Shown: positions 37,671 through 47,588, counted from the first letter of the stretch. The stretch: DNA of 64,000 nt from an uncultured Anaerolineales bacterium (GCA_964397995.1 CAYNLG010000002.1:34444-98443), one strand, 5' to 3'. The notes: generated by a model from the letters alone, not told the origin. Translations and numbers: made by a program.

Positions 37671-39077
37671 CTACCCATTGGCGTCTGTGGAGGGAAAAGT
37701 CACGGAGAACGTCGTCCCCTGCCCGACTTCACTTTCGACCCCGATCGTACCGCCATGCATGGCCACCACGCGTTTGATGATCGCCATACCCAGCCCGGTC
37801 CCGTGCTGGACCGTCCGCTTTGCTTCCTTCCCGCGAAAGAACTCCTCGAAGACGCGCGGCAGTTCGTCCGCGGGGATGCCGATGCCCGTGTCGGCAACGG
37901 CCAGTTGCACGCGGCTCCCGGCACTCTCCAGGCCAACCGACACGCGGCCCCCCTCCGGCGTGTACCGCACCGCGTTTGAGACGAGGTTGTTCACCAAATC
38001 CGTCAGGCTCTCCCGTGAGCCGTTGACCACCGCCGACTCCGCCCGGACGTCCAGCGTGATGCCCTTCTCCTGGGCCTGAGCCCGGAAGAGGTCGGCGGCC
38101 GCCCGCACAACCTCCGCCAGTTCCAGGGGTTCCAACCGTTCCACGGCGGCTGCGCGGCGAAGGCGGCTGTAGCGGAGCAGATCGTCGATCAGGTCCAGCA
38201 TACTCTCCGACCGGCCAACCGCCCGGACCAGGAGTCCGCGCCCCTCCGTGTCCTCCGGCATCTTCAGCAGGGCCGTCTTCAGGAGGCTCTGGACGGCCCC
38301 GACGGGGGCGCGGAGTTCGTGGCTGGTCTTCCGCATGAACTGGCTCTTGACCTGTTCCAGCGACCTCAGGTCGTCGTAGGCGGCCTCCAGGTCGTGTTCT
38401 CTCGCCCGGAGGCGGCTGGCGATGCTTCCCGCCACAAAGACGGTCACGTAGACCGCGAAGGTCATCGCGAAGGTGACCTGACTGACGAAGATCCAGTGCT
38501 GGGCCACGTGTGCCCCCACTAAGGGGACACAGACCTCGGCCGCTTCGCCTCCCTCGCAGACGCTGAGCGTGGTATGTATCGCGGGGTAGAAGTACTCCCC
38601 CCAGCCAATCAGGTTGATGAGAACGGCTGCCAGCGTAGCATACCCGAAGGCGATCTTCGGGGCGAAGAACTCGCTGGCGACAATCATCGGGAAGACGAAC
38701 AGGATGATGAAGTGGTTCTCGACGCCGCCGATGAAGTGGACGAGGGCCGCCACGGCCAGCAGGTCGCACGTAATCTGCGCGTGGGCCAGACTCAGGATCC
38801 ACCGGCGGCGGATGCGGCGGCGCCGGTACAGCCACCGCGCCCAGACCGAGAAAACCGTGTTGTAGGCCAGCAGGACCCCGATGGCGGCGATCGCCGGTCG
38901 CAAGGCAAACCGGACGTCGAACAGCGTGTGGCCGATGCCCAGGAAGGCCATGGCCATCAGGCCCGCCCCCCAGCGGACGTGCGTGAACCAGCCCAGGCGC
39001 TCAAAGAGCTCCCGCTCCGAGAGCGTCAGATGCGCTGGCGGCGATGCGTCCAACGACTGGGGCGCCGTGTCAGACAT
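37671..39077 (-). CDS. Multi-TM sensor histidine kinase (HisKA + HATPase_c), candidate PrsK-like partner of the PEP-CTERM regulon
   Basis: An N-terminal ~6-TM sensor region. An H-box (TSHELRAPVGAVQS) and N/G1/G2 boxes (NLVSNAVRYTPEGG, DTGIGIPADE, GTGLGMAI). Confidence 0.8.
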   Translation of the reverse strand: MSDTAPQSLDASPPAHLTLSERELFERLGWFTHVRWGAGLMAMAFLGIGHTLFDVRFALRPAIAAIGVLLAYNTVFSVWARWLYRRRRIRRRWILSLAHAQITCDLLAVAALVHFIGGVENHFIILFVFPMIVASEFFAPKIAFGYATLAAVLINLIGWGEYFYPAIHTTLSVCEGGEAAEVCVPLVGAHVAQHWIFVSQVTFAMTFAVYVTVFVAGSIASRLRAREHDLEAAYDDLRSLEQVKSQFMRKTSHELRAPVGAVQSLLKTALLKMPEDTEGRGLLVRAVGRSESMLDLIDDLLRYSRLRRAAAVERLEPLELAEVVRAAADLFRAQAQEKGITLDVRAESAVVNGSRESLTDLVNNLVSNAVRYTPEGGRVSVGLESAGSRVQLAVADTGIGIPADELPRVFEEFFRGKEAKRTVQHGTGLGMAIIKRVVAMHGGTIGVESEVGQGTTFSVTFPSTDANG

Positions 39078-39098
39078 GGTCGAACCCGCCCGCCGGCC

Positions 39099-39893
39099 TC
39101 AGCCGGCGTTTCTCTCGGCCGCGGTGGCCTCGGCCTTGGCCTCACGGGCCTTGACGATACGAACGTCGCGGAACATCCAGAGGCCCATCAGCACCAGGAA
39201 CGGGCCGACCACGAGCAGAATGACCGCGAACGTCAGGTTCCGCTTGCCCTGCGTCTGGCCTGCCTCCTGCTGCCTCTTGATCAGTTCGTAGAGTTCGCTC
39301 TGGCTGGCCAGCATCCAGGCCAGGTCGGTCTCGTACTCCTTGCCGCCCATCTGGATGGTTTGCGTGGGGATGGGGTGGCCCTCGTCGCTCCACTTTAGCT
39401 TGTCGGCTCCCGGCCGGATCAGGTAGTCGATGCCCTGCGGGCTGGACACAAGCTCCCAGGCCTCCTTCTGGCCCACCTTGTCGGTCTTGGTGAAGATGGG
39501 GCCGAAGGTGCCCTGTTGCTTCGTGAGGCCCAGCTTGCCGAGGGCGCTCTGCACCTCCGTCTGGCCGCCGGCGGCCGTGAAGAGCAGTCCCGTGATGAGG
39601 GCGTAGACGGCGACGCCGGTGCAGACGATCCCAACGGCGATCGCCGGCACCCACAGGATCTTCTTGAGCGGCAGGTTGGCCGAGGCCCGGTCAACGGGCT
39701 TCCGCCGCGGGGCCTTGACCTTGCCGGGAAGGCGGCCACTCGGGGTCACCTTGGGCAGCGGGGCAGCGCCCTCGCCGCGGGCCTGTTTCATCTGCTCGAC
39801 CAGGTCATCGGCCCCGCTACGGGGGGCCTCGGGGGGCCTTGGGGTCTCATCCGGCACGTCGGTCTCCTTCGCAAGGCGGCTGAACGCGGACAT
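39099..39893 (-). CDS. Hypothetical membrane protein (two TM segments) directly upstream of the histidine kinase
   Basis: 264 aa. TM segments near residues 85-115 and 215-240. A 21-nt gap separates it from the kinase start. Confidence 0.45.
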   Translation of the reverse strand: MSAFSRLAKETDVPDETPRPPEAPRSGADDLVEQMKQARGEGAAPLPKVTPSGRLPGKVKAPRRKPVDRASANLPLKKILWVPAIAVGIVCTGVAVYALITGLLFTAAGGQTEVQSALGKLGLTKQQGTFGPIFTKTDKVGQKEAWELVSSPQGIDYLIRPGADKLKWSDEGHPIPTQTIQMGGKEYETDLAWMLASQSELYELIKRQQEAGQTQGKRNLTFAVILLVVGPFLVLMGLWMFRDVRIVKAREAKAEATAAERNAG

Positions 39894-40059
39894 TGTACGA
39901 ACCTGTGGCCGATCCCGCACAGGTTTTCCGTCGGCGACCGGCAGGTGCGGCGCCCCACGGCCGCCACGAGGCCGTTTTCGCCTTTCCCTTTGACCGGGGT
40001 GAGGGGCTGTTCTACACTCGAAGTCGCCTGCCCGTTTCCAGCTCACCTGGAAGGCCGCC

Positions 40060-41433
40060 ATGCCCGACCGCAACGACGATGCCGCCGTCCTCGATGACAC
40101 CACGCTGGCCCTGCTCCGCACCCTCCTCAAGACCGGCCGCGACGACGAAATCGCCGCCCTTCTCGGGCGCATGCACGCCGGCGACCTTGCCGACCTGCTG
40201 ACCGATTTCGACGAAGGCGAGACGGTCCGCCTTTTCGGCCTCCTTGATCCGGAAGCGGCCGCGGACGTTCTGGCGGAGGTCGACGCCGAAACCCGCGAGG
40301 ACCTGGTCGACGCCCTGCCCCAGGCCGAGTTCCACGACCTGCTGGGCGAGCTCGAACCGGATGACGCGGCCGACATCATCGGTGAACTTGAGCCGGACGA
40401 GGCCCTGGCGGCCTTGGCTGCCCTGGAGGACCGCCACGAAGTCGCGACGCTGCTGGAGTACGCGCCGGAGTCGGCAGGCGGCCTGATGACGACCGAAATG
40501 GTCGCCCTGCCCCGGGACCTGACGGTTGCGGAGGCCCTGGAACGGACCCGCGGGGCCTCGGAGACGACCCATCGCGACGTCCTTTACGTGACCAACGACA
40601 GCGGGCGGCCGGTGGGCCTGCTGCCCCTGGCAAAACTCGTATTCTCCCCTCCCGAAGCGCGGATCGTAACGCTGATGGAGCCCGACGTCCGGACCGTCCC
40701 CACCGACATGGATCAGGAAGAGGTGGCCGAGATCGTCCGCCGGTACGATTTGATCTCGGTGCCGGTTATCCGCCCGGACACGGGGCGCCTGGCGGGCATC
40801 ATCACCGTGGACGACATCATGGACGCCGTCGCGGACGAGGCCGCCGAAGACCTGTACCGGCTTGCCGGGAGCGGGGCCAGCGACCCGTTCCACCAGTCGG
40901 TCTGGAAACGGGCTCTGCTCCGACTGCCGTGGCTGATCATCACCCTCGGGCCGGGATTCCTTGTGGGCCAGATCATGCGGTGGCTCGGTTATGACCCCGG
41001 CGGCACGACGGCCCTGCTCCTTTTCGTGCCGGTGATGATCGAGATGGCCGGCAGCGTCAGCCTGCAGTCCGCCACGGTCATCGTGCGCGGCCTTGCGACC
41101 GGCGACGTGCGCAGCCACCGGACGCTGGCCATCCTCGGCCGCGAGGTCGCCGTCGCCATCCTCGTCGGCCTGGTCTGCGCCACCATCGCGGGGCTGGTGG
41201 GCTACGCGTTCTTCGGGGGGAGTTGGCCATTCGCGGCCTGCGTGGCGGCCAGCATGGTCTGCGGCGTATTGACGGCGGCCGTGACGGGGACCCTGGTGCC
41301 GCTGGGGTGTCACGCCGTCGGCGTCGACCCGGCGCTCGCCAGCGGGCCGTTCGTCACAAGCCTGAACGACGTCACAGGGACGCTCATCTACCTGGGCCTG
41401 GGCGCGGGCCTGCTCCGCGCGCTCGGGGGATGA
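40060..41433 (+). CDS. mgtE: Magnesium transporter MgtE
   Basis: N-terminal MgtE_N helical domain, tandem CBS domains (PVIRPDTGRLAGIITVDDIMD), and a C-terminal 5-TM pore domain. Confidence 0.88.
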   Translation: MPDRNDDAAVLDDTTLALLRTLLKTGRDDEIAALLGRMHAGDLADLLTDFDEGETVRLFGLLDPEAAADVLAEVDAETREDLVDALPQAEFHDLLGELEPDDAADIIGELEPDEALAALAALEDRHEVATLLEYAPESAGGLMTTEMVALPRDLTVAEALERTRGASETTHRDVLYVTNDSGRPVGLLPLAKLVFSPPEARIVTLMEPDVRTVPTDMDQEEVAEIVRRYDLISVPVIRPDTGRLAGIITVDDIMDAVADEAAEDLYRLAGSGASDPFHQSVWKRALLRLPWLIITLGPGFLVGQIMRWLGYDPGGTTALLLFVPVMIEMAGSVSLQSATVIVRGLATGDVRSHRTLAILGREVAVAILVGLVCATIAGLVGYAFFGGSWPFAACVAASMVCGVLTAAVTGTLVPLGCHAVGVDPALASGPFVTSLNDVTGTLIYLGLGAGLLRALGG

Positions 41434-41522
41434 GGCCGGCCGACAAAAGCCTTTCGCCCCCCGCGGGGGACTGGTACAATCCCGCACCGATGTCCTGAAT
41501 AGGGTCCTCACGAGACCGTCCA

Positions 41523-42122
41523 ATGGGCCGAGACAAGGAGCAGGCCGAGGCCGTGCGGGAAGCGGCCGATCGCGATGCCACCCTCGTCGAGCGCCTCAAG
41601 GACGGCGACACCAAGGCCCTGAACGAGCTCTTCGAGCGGCACCGGGACGCCGCCTACGCGGTGGCCTACCGGCTGGTCGGCAATGCCGACGACGCCCTGG
41701 ACGTCGTCCAGGAGGCCTTCATCCACGTCATGCGGGGCATCCGGTCGTTCCGGGGCCAGTCGGCGTTCCGGACGTGGCTGTACCGGATCGTCACGCACGC
41801 GGCCTTGGACTACCGCCGGTACCGGGCGGTGCGCCAGACGCAGAGCCTCGACCACGAGAACGCGCGGGAACCGGCCGACATCGGCCCGGCCCGCGAGAAC
41901 CCGGCCGAGGAGGCCCAGACCCGCGACCTGCGGGAGGCCATCCTTCAGGCCCTGGAGAACGTGTCGGAGAAGAACCGGGCGGCCCTGGTCCTGTATGCCA
42001 TCGAGGGCATGTCGTACAAGGAGGTCGCCGAAGCCTTAGGCATCTCCGTCGGGACCGTCATGAGCCGCATCTTCAACGCCCGTCAGCGACTCAAGGACCT
42101 GATGGCGTCGGAAATCGGGTGA
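41523..42122 (+). CDS. ECF-subfamily RNA polymerase sigma factor
   Basis: Sigma-70 regions 2 and 4 (FRTWLYRIVTHAALDYRR; MSYKEVAEALGISVGTVMSRIFNARQRL). Confidence 0.85.
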   Translation: MGRDKEQAEAVREAADRDATLVERLKDGDTKALNELFERHRDAAYAVAYRLVGNADDALDVVQEAFIHVMRGIRSFRGQSAFRTWLYRIVTHAALDYRRYRAVRQTQSLDHENAREPADIGPARENPAEEAQTRDLREAILQALENVSEKNRAALVLYAIEGMSYKEVAEALGISVGTVMSRIFNARQRLKDLMASEIG

Positions 42123-42127
42123 GTCCC

Positions 42128-42940
42128 ATGGACTGCGAACAGCTCAAGCCACTCTTGGCCGCCTACGCCGACGGCGAACTCGAGGCCCTCGAGGCCGAGA
42201 CCGTGGAGGCCCACATTGCCGAGTGCGGCCGCTGCCGCCAGCTGGTTCACGACCAGCAGCGCATGCAGCACGTACTGGCCTCGTGTGCGGTGCCCGCGGT
42301 GGAGGCGTCTCGGTGGTCGGCCATGGCCGGCGTCCTCAAGGAAGAACTCGAGGGTCAGGGCGAGCCGCGCGAGCTCAAGACCCACATCCCGGCCGAAGCT
42401 TTGGCAATGGAGCCGTTCGGGGCCGACGAGGCCGACACCGACGCGCCACCCGAAACCGAAGAAGAGGACGCCGAACCGGCCGCTGAGCCCGAGGAACGAA
42501 AGCCGATTTTCGAGATCCTGGAGCCGCCCGAAGACCTGCCGGCGGTAAAACCCGCCGAGGCCGCGCCGAAGCCGGCGCCCAAGGCCAAACCGGCCAAGGC
42601 CCGGCCGACGTCACGCCCGGAGCCGCCTCGGTCAGCTCAGCGGCCGGCTCCGTCGATCTCGGTCATCTCGGTCCAGCCGCGCCGCGCGCGGGTTCGATTC
42701 AGTTGGTTCGCGCACGCCGTGGGGGCGGCGGCAGCGTTGGTACTTCTGGCCCTGGGGCTCTGGGTGGCGTTGCGGCCACCGGAGGCCCCGCCCCTGGACT
42801 CTGCCTCGGTGGCCCGCCACGCCGACGTCCAGGTCCACGGCATCGAGATGGACGCGGCCAACTACATGCCGGTGTTCTACGCGGGGGATTCCGACGAGGT
42901 GGCGGCGGTCTGGGTGGTCTCACTCGACTCAGGAGGCTGA
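42128..42940 (+). CDS. Anti-sigma factor (zinc-finger ZAS-like N-terminus, single TM, P/A/K-rich linker)
   Basis: HIAECGRCRQL (H-x3-C-x2-C). A TM segment FAHAVGAAAALVLLALGLWVAL. Sits 5 nt downstream of the ECF sigma gene. Confidence 0.7.
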   Translation: MDCEQLKPLLAAYADGELEALEAETVEAHIAECGRCRQLVHDQQRMQHVLASCAVPAVEASRWSAMAGVLKEELEGQGEPRELKTHIPAEALAMEPFGADEADTDAPPETEEEDAEPAAEPEERKPIFEILEPPEDLPAVKPAEAAPKPAPKAKPAKARPTSRPEPPRSAQRPAPSISVISVQPRRARVRFSWFAHAVGAAAALVLLALGLWVALRPPEAPPLDSASVARHADVQVHGIEMDAANYMPVFYAGDSDEVAAVWVVSLDSGG

Positions 42941-42953
42941 AAGGGGAGATGCG

Positions 42954-43442
42954 ATGAACGTTCGCACCGCGTGCGGCATCCTTGCCGCGATGGCTTGGCT
43001 GGCCGCGGCCGCCGGCCCGGGGGCTGCCGCCAAGGAAGAGCAACCCGAGTGCACCATCCACCTCCTGGCCATCCACGCGACGAACCAGGAGAAGGCGCAC
43101 TGCGACGCGCACCTCGAGCCCGTCAAGGAAGCCTTGGCCGAATCCGGCTATAACAGCTTCCGCCTCATCGACAAACCCGAGAGCCGCCCCGTCCGGATGG
43201 GCCGCCTGTACGAGAAACGCCTTCCGGAGGACTACGCCCTAAGGGTGCGGCCGGATGACAAGACCGAGGACAAAGTGCGGCTGACAGTCGTGTGGGTTCG
43301 CTACGAGAAGGACAAGGACGGCAAGAGGACCGCCTGCGAGAAGCTGAAGATGCCCGTGACCATCCGCAAGGCCAAGTACTTTCTGAGCGGCCGGTGGAAA
43401 CTGAAGGAGGGAGCCCTGATCGCGGCCGTCGCCGCCGAGTAG
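42954..43442 (+). CDS. Small secreted protein, third gene of the ECF sigma / anti-sigma operon
   Basis: An SD sequence AGGAGG lies upstream. Signal peptide MNVRTACGILAAMAWLAAAAGPGAAA. Length 162 aa. Confidence 0.55.
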   Translation: MNVRTACGILAAMAWLAAAAGPGAAAKEEQPECTIHLLAIHATNQEKAHCDAHLEPVKEALAESGYNSFRLIDKPESRPVRMGRLYEKRLPEDYALRVRPDDKTEDKVRLTVVWVRYEKDKDGKRTACEKLKMPVTIRKAKYFLSGRWKLKEGALIAAVAAE

Positions 43443-43516
43443 CCTTCCTGCCTGAAACGCCAAAGGCCGGCTCCCCTTCGTGGGGGTCGGCCTTGCCTGT
43501 GCGCGGTCCAGGGCTG

Positions 43517-44068
43517 TCAGTGCATCTGCTGCTCTTCGAGGTGGAGGAGGACTTGGCGGAGACGATCGCCCGTGTCGGCGGCCAACCTGAGGAGCTCGGC
43601 AAGCGCCTTGGCCCCGATGATCAGAACCAGGGCCATCATCAGTCCGCCGACGAAGGCGAAGACGCCCTCAATCGGGGCCTCCTGCATCGCCAGAAGCAGG
43701 AGCCCCGCCAGCCCGGCCAGGAACACCAGCGTTCCGAGGACCACACCGAAGACGAAGACCATGGTGGCGGTCACGCGCAGCGAGCGGTAGGGACTGCGGC
43801 GTGCGGCGATGCGTGCCACGGTGGTGGCGGACCCGCGTGTGCGGGACGGCGTCACGCCGACGGCGGCCTGCGGTGGTGGCGAAGCCTTCTCCAGCGCCGC
43901 CACCCGCGCATCGGCTCCTGGGGCGGTCTCGGCCATGGCGGCCCCCTCGCCCTGTCCCGGCACGTCGACCACCTGGCCGCATCCCGGGCACCGGGCCCTG
44001 CGGCCCGCAGCGGTGTCCTTCGCGGCAATCTGGCGGCCGCATGCAGGACAGACTAACTCGATGGTCAT
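43517..44068 (-). CDS. Zinc-ribbon (double CxxC) membrane protein
   Basis: CPAC...CPGC near the N-terminus. Two C-terminal TM segments. Length 183 aa. Confidence 0.5.
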   Translation of the reverse strand: MTIELVCPACGRQIAAKDTAAGRRARCPGCGQVVDVPGQGEGAAMAETAPGADARVAALEKASPPPQAAVGVTPSRTRGSATTVARIAARRSPYRSLRVTATMVFVFGVVLGTLVFLAGLAGLLLLAMQEAPIEGVFAFVGGLMMALVLIIGAKALAELLRLAADTGDRLRQVLLHLEEQQMH

Positions 44069-44170
44069 GCGGACCTCACCCTCACGGCACCCATGAGTCT
44101 ACACCCCGAAACGCCCGGGTGCAAACGACTCGCCGGAATTCCCGCACCCGGGACGGGGCGAGGACGCCGA

Positions 44171-44500
44171 TCAGTGGGCCGGGGTCTGGTCCAGATGGGC
44201 CGAGACAAAGGAGATGACCCGTTCCCGGTCGTCGTCCTGGATCTCGGTGAACGACAGGCCCACCTCGTACAGTTCCGGGTCGATCTTCGACGTGCGGCAC
44301 CAGGCGATTCGGGCCCGGCAGGTAATGGGTTGCGGGTCGTCGGGCAGTTCGAACGTGATCTCCGGCGTCAGTCCCTCGCGAAGAGGGTCAGCCGTGAGAA
44401 CGCACATGCCCCCCGCTGAGATGTTGAGCGTCGGGCCGACAGACTGGATCGTGATCCGCGTCGTGATCCGCGGGTGGCTTCGCTGTTCGGTACGCAGCAT
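44171..44500 (-). CDS. PilZ-domain protein (c-di-GMP binding)
   Basis: An RxxxR motif (RSHPR) and DxSxxG-like NISAGGMCV. Length 109 aa. Confidence 0.7.
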   Translation of the reverse strand: MLRTEQRSHPRITTRITIQSVGPTLNISAGGMCVLTADPLREGLTPEITFELPDDPQPITCRARIAWCRTSKIDPELYEVGLSFTEIQDDDRERVISFVSAHLDQTPAH

Positions 44501-44694
44501 ACTTGCACCTCCTTCGGGCCCGGGAAGGCCCCATCCCAGGGAATCATCGGACCCGCATCGGGGGGGCCTTCAGCGATTTTTCCACAACGCGGCACCGCCA
44601 GTCGCGTGCCCCACATTCCCCATAGCCCCCATTTTAACGCGGCGCGGCTCAGCACTGGTTGCACTGGGCCCCCGGTCACGATACAGTCCATGCC

Positions 44695-45720
44695 ATGGCC
44701 CTTGTTCGTCCCGTCGCCATCGGACCGCTGCGCCTTGCGCGGAATCTTGTTCTGGCCCCCCTCCATCACCTCACCTACGCCGCCATGCGCATGCTCTGCC
44801 GCGCCCAAGGAGCGGCCCTGGCCCACACGACAATGGTCACCCCCGAGGAACTGCTTTACTCGGACGACCGCGGCCGCCGAACGCTGGCCTCGCCGCCGGG
44901 AGACCGGCCGCTGGGCGTCCAGCTTCTGCCCCGCCATCCGCAGGAGTTGGCCGAGACCGTATGCCGGCTTCGAGAAGCCGGGGCGGCCGACCTGGTGGAC
45001 CTGAACCTGGCCTGCCCCAGCCGGAAGATGCTGCGGACGGAGCGCGGCGGGGCGATGTTGCGCGACCCCGACCGGGTGCGTATCCTTGTCGAGGCGGCCG
45101 TCCGGGCGGCGGTGCCGCTGCCGGTGACGGTCAAGTGCCGCTTGGGCGTCACGGACTCGGCGGCGGACCTGGCGCTCGGCCTGGAGACCGCGCGTGCCGC
45201 CGTCGGGGCGGGCGCGGTCGGAGTCACCGTCCATGGCCGCACAGTCCAGCAGGGCTACCGTGGCAGCGCGGACTGGGCGGCCATCGGTCGGTGGGCCGCC
45301 GCTCTGCCCGTACCGGTGCTCGCGAGCGGCGACCTGCTCCGGCCGGAGGCCGTGCTCGCGGCCCTCCAGGAGACCGGCTGTGAGGCCGCCTATGTCGCCC
45401 GCGGAGCCCTGGGCGCACCATGGATCTTCCGCCAGGTTCTGGAACTGGCTGAGACCGGCCGCGCGACGCCCGTCACCATGGCGGAGCGGCGAGGCACGGT
45501 GCTTGCCCATTTCGACGGCTTGGCCCGCCAGTTCGGCGAGTGCCGTGCGGCCGTCCTCATGCGGACCATGGCCTGCTACTACACCCGGGGCATTCCGGGG
45601 GCGAAGGAGGCCCGCGCGGCCGTGTTCCGGGCGACCTGCGCGGCCCACTTCCGGATGATCGTCGCACGGCACTTCGCGCCAGCGACCGGTACGTTGACAC
45701 CACCGCCGCCCGCGGGCTAG
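44695..45720 (+). CDS. tRNA-dihydrouridine synthase (Dus family)
   Basis: TIM-barrel Dus motifs (VDLNLACPSRKM, VTVKCRLG, VTVHGRT). Start at MALVRPVAIGPL; the listed ORF begins 12 codons earlier. Confidence 0.8.
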   Translation: MALVRPVAIGPLRLARNLVLAPLHHLTYAAMRMLCRAQGAALAHTTMVTPEELLYSDDRGRRTLASPPGDRPLGVQLLPRHPQELAETVCRLREAGAADLVDLNLACPSRKMLRTERGGAMLRDPDRVRILVEAAVRAAVPLPVTVKCRLGVTDSAADLALGLETARAAVGAGAVGVTVHGRTVQQGYRGSADWAAIGRWAAALPVPVLASGDLLRPEAVLAALQETGCEAAYVARGALGAPWIFRQVLELAETGRATPVTMAERRGTVLAHFDGLARQFGECRAAVLMRTMACYYTRGIPGAKEARAAVFRATCAAHFRMIVARHFAPATGTLTPPPPAG

Positions 45721-45747
45721 ACTCGGGCGATCCCCGGAGGCCCTGCC

Positions 45748-45957
45748 ATGGACGCCTGCCGCCTTCCCGCCCTGGTGTTCGTTCTTGGCGACTTCCTCGC
45801 CGGGTGTGCCGCCGAGAGCGGTGCGGCCGCGCGGGACGAGGCCCACCGGACGGACGAGGGCGTCGACCTTCTTAGGGTCGGCCGGTTCTACGGCCGGGCG
45901 GTGGTTCGGCGCGACGTCGAGGAGCTGGCGGCCGCCTTTGTCGAGGAGGTCCGATGA
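45748..45957 (+). CDS. Small lipoprotein (69 aa), translationally coupled to the downstream glycoside hydrolase
   Basis: Lipobox L-A-G-C in MDACRLPALVFVLGDFLAGC. Its stop overlaps the hydrolase ATG (ATGA). Confidence 0.4.
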   Translation: MDACRLPALVFVLGDFLAGCAAESGAAARDEAHRTDEGVDLLRVGRFYGRAVVRRDVEELAAAFVEEVR

Positions 45958-47588
45958 CCTGTCGCCGTTGTGGAGCCGCTCTTGCCCTGATGATGGTTTG
46001 TGTTCTGGCGGCCCCGGCGCGTCCCGCCGAGGGTCCGCCCTCGCGGACGGAACTCTTCGGCATGCGCGCGTACCCGCCGCCGGCCGAGGGGAAGAAGATC
46101 CCCAAGGAACGTGATGCCACATTCTTCCCGCTGATCGACACTTTCGGCCAGTACATCCACCGCGACTGGCCGGGCAAGACGCATGGTTCGGCCGACCTGG
46201 TCTCCCAGCGACATGAGGAGGGCCATGACCTGAAGGCCCACCCGGGCCCCAAGGGCTGGACCCGGTTCGGTGGCTGGGCCGACGGGCCGACGCTCGAGGC
46301 CACGGGCTTCTTCCGGACCGAGAAGCGGGGCGGGCGATGGTGGCTCGTCGACCCGACGGGGCGGCTCTTCTTCTCACATGGGGTCGACTGCGTCGGTATC
46401 GGAACCGAAACGCCCCTCGAGGACCGGCGACACTGGTTCCGCGACTTCCCGGGGGACCAGGCCCCGTTCGGGTCGTTCCTTGTGAAGCGCGGCAACATCA
46501 TCCGCGACTACTACCAGGGACGCGAGGCGCTCTGCTTCAACTTCCACCAAGCCAACCTTCTTCGGAAGTACGGGCCCGAATGGAAGAAGGTCTCGGCGAC
46601 ACTCGCCCACGTGCGGCTCCGCAGTTGGGGCTACAACACGATCGGCAACTGGTCCGACGCGGCCATCTATGGCATGCGGCAGACGCCGTATGTTGCGACG
46701 GTCCACTTCGGCAGCCGCGTCATCGAGGGCTCCGAGGGGTTCTGGGGCAAGTTCAAGGACCCGTTCGACCCGTCCTTCGCCGCCGCCCTGAACGAGCGGC
46801 TCGCCCCAGGCAAACACCGCTGGGCGGGCAACCCATGGTGCATCGGCGTTTTCGTCGACAACGAGCTTGGCTGGGGCGACGAGGTGTCGCTCGCGCGAGC
46901 AACCCTCCAGTCGCCTGCCGACCAGCCCGCGAAGCGGGTCTTCGTAGACGACCTCCGCCGGGCGTACGGCGCCATCGAGAAGCTCAACGCCGCTTGGCGA
47001 ACGCGGCACGCCTCGTGGGACGCCCTCCTGGCCTCCCGCGAGGTGACCAAGGGCAAAGGCGCTGAAGCCGACCTGAAGGCATTCTACACGAAGCTCGCCG
47101 AGGCGTACTTCCGTACGGTGCGGCAGGCCGTCAAAGGCGTCGCTCCGAAGCAACTCTACCTGGGGTGCCGCTTCGCCTGGGTCAACGACCGGGTCTTGGT
47201 TGCGGCCGCCAAGTACGCCGACGTGGTCAGCTTCAACCTGTACCGGCGCAGCGTCGCGAACTTCAGGCCGGGGGCCGGCGTCGACTTGCCGGTGATCGTG
47301 GGCGAGTTCCATTTCGGCGCCCTCGACCGCGGACTTTTCCACCCCGGACTCGTCAAGGTCAAGGACCAGGAAGCCCGTGCGGCAGCGTACGTGGCCTACG
47401 TCCGCGGGGCGATTGCCAACCCCTGCATCGTCGGGTGCCACTGGTTCCAGTACCGCGACCAGCCGACGACGGGGCGGCGTCTGGACGGCGAGAACTACCA
47501 GATCGGTCTCGTGGACGTCTGCGACCGGCCCTATCCGGAGACCGTGGCGGCCGCCCGCGAGGTGGGGTATACCCTCTATGGCCACTGA
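45954..47588 (+). CDS. Secreted TIM-barrel glycoside hydrolase-like protein (family not assignable by eye)
   Basis: Signal peptide MTCRRCGAALALMMVCVLAAPARPA. NELGWGDE and W/Y-rich barrel segments. Length 544 aa. Confidence 0.55.
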   Translation: MTCRRCGAALALMMVCVLAAPARPAEGPPSRTELFGMRAYPPPAEGKKIPKERDATFFPLIDTFGQYIHRDWPGKTHGSADLVSQRHEEGHDLKAHPGPKGWTRFGGWADGPTLEATGFFRTEKRGGRWWLVDPTGRLFFSHGVDCVGIGTETPLEDRRHWFRDFPGDQAPFGSFLVKRGNIIRDYYQGREALCFNFHQANLLRKYGPEWKKVSATLAHVRLRSWGYNTIGNWSDAAIYGMRQTPYVATVHFGSRVIEGSEGFWGKFKDPFDPSFAAALNERLAPGKHRWAGNPWCIGVFVDNELGWGDEVSLARATLQSPADQPAKRVFVDDLRRAYGAIEKLNAAWRTRHASWDALLASREVTKGKGAEADLKAFYTKLAEAYFRTVRQAVKGVAPKQLYLGCRFAWVNDRVLVAAAKYADVVSFNLYRRSVANFRPGAGVDLPVIVGEFHFGALDRGLFHPGLVKVKDQEARAAAYVAYVRGAIANPCIVGCHWFQYRDQPTTGRRLDGENYQIGLVDVCDRPYPETVAAAREVGYTLYGH

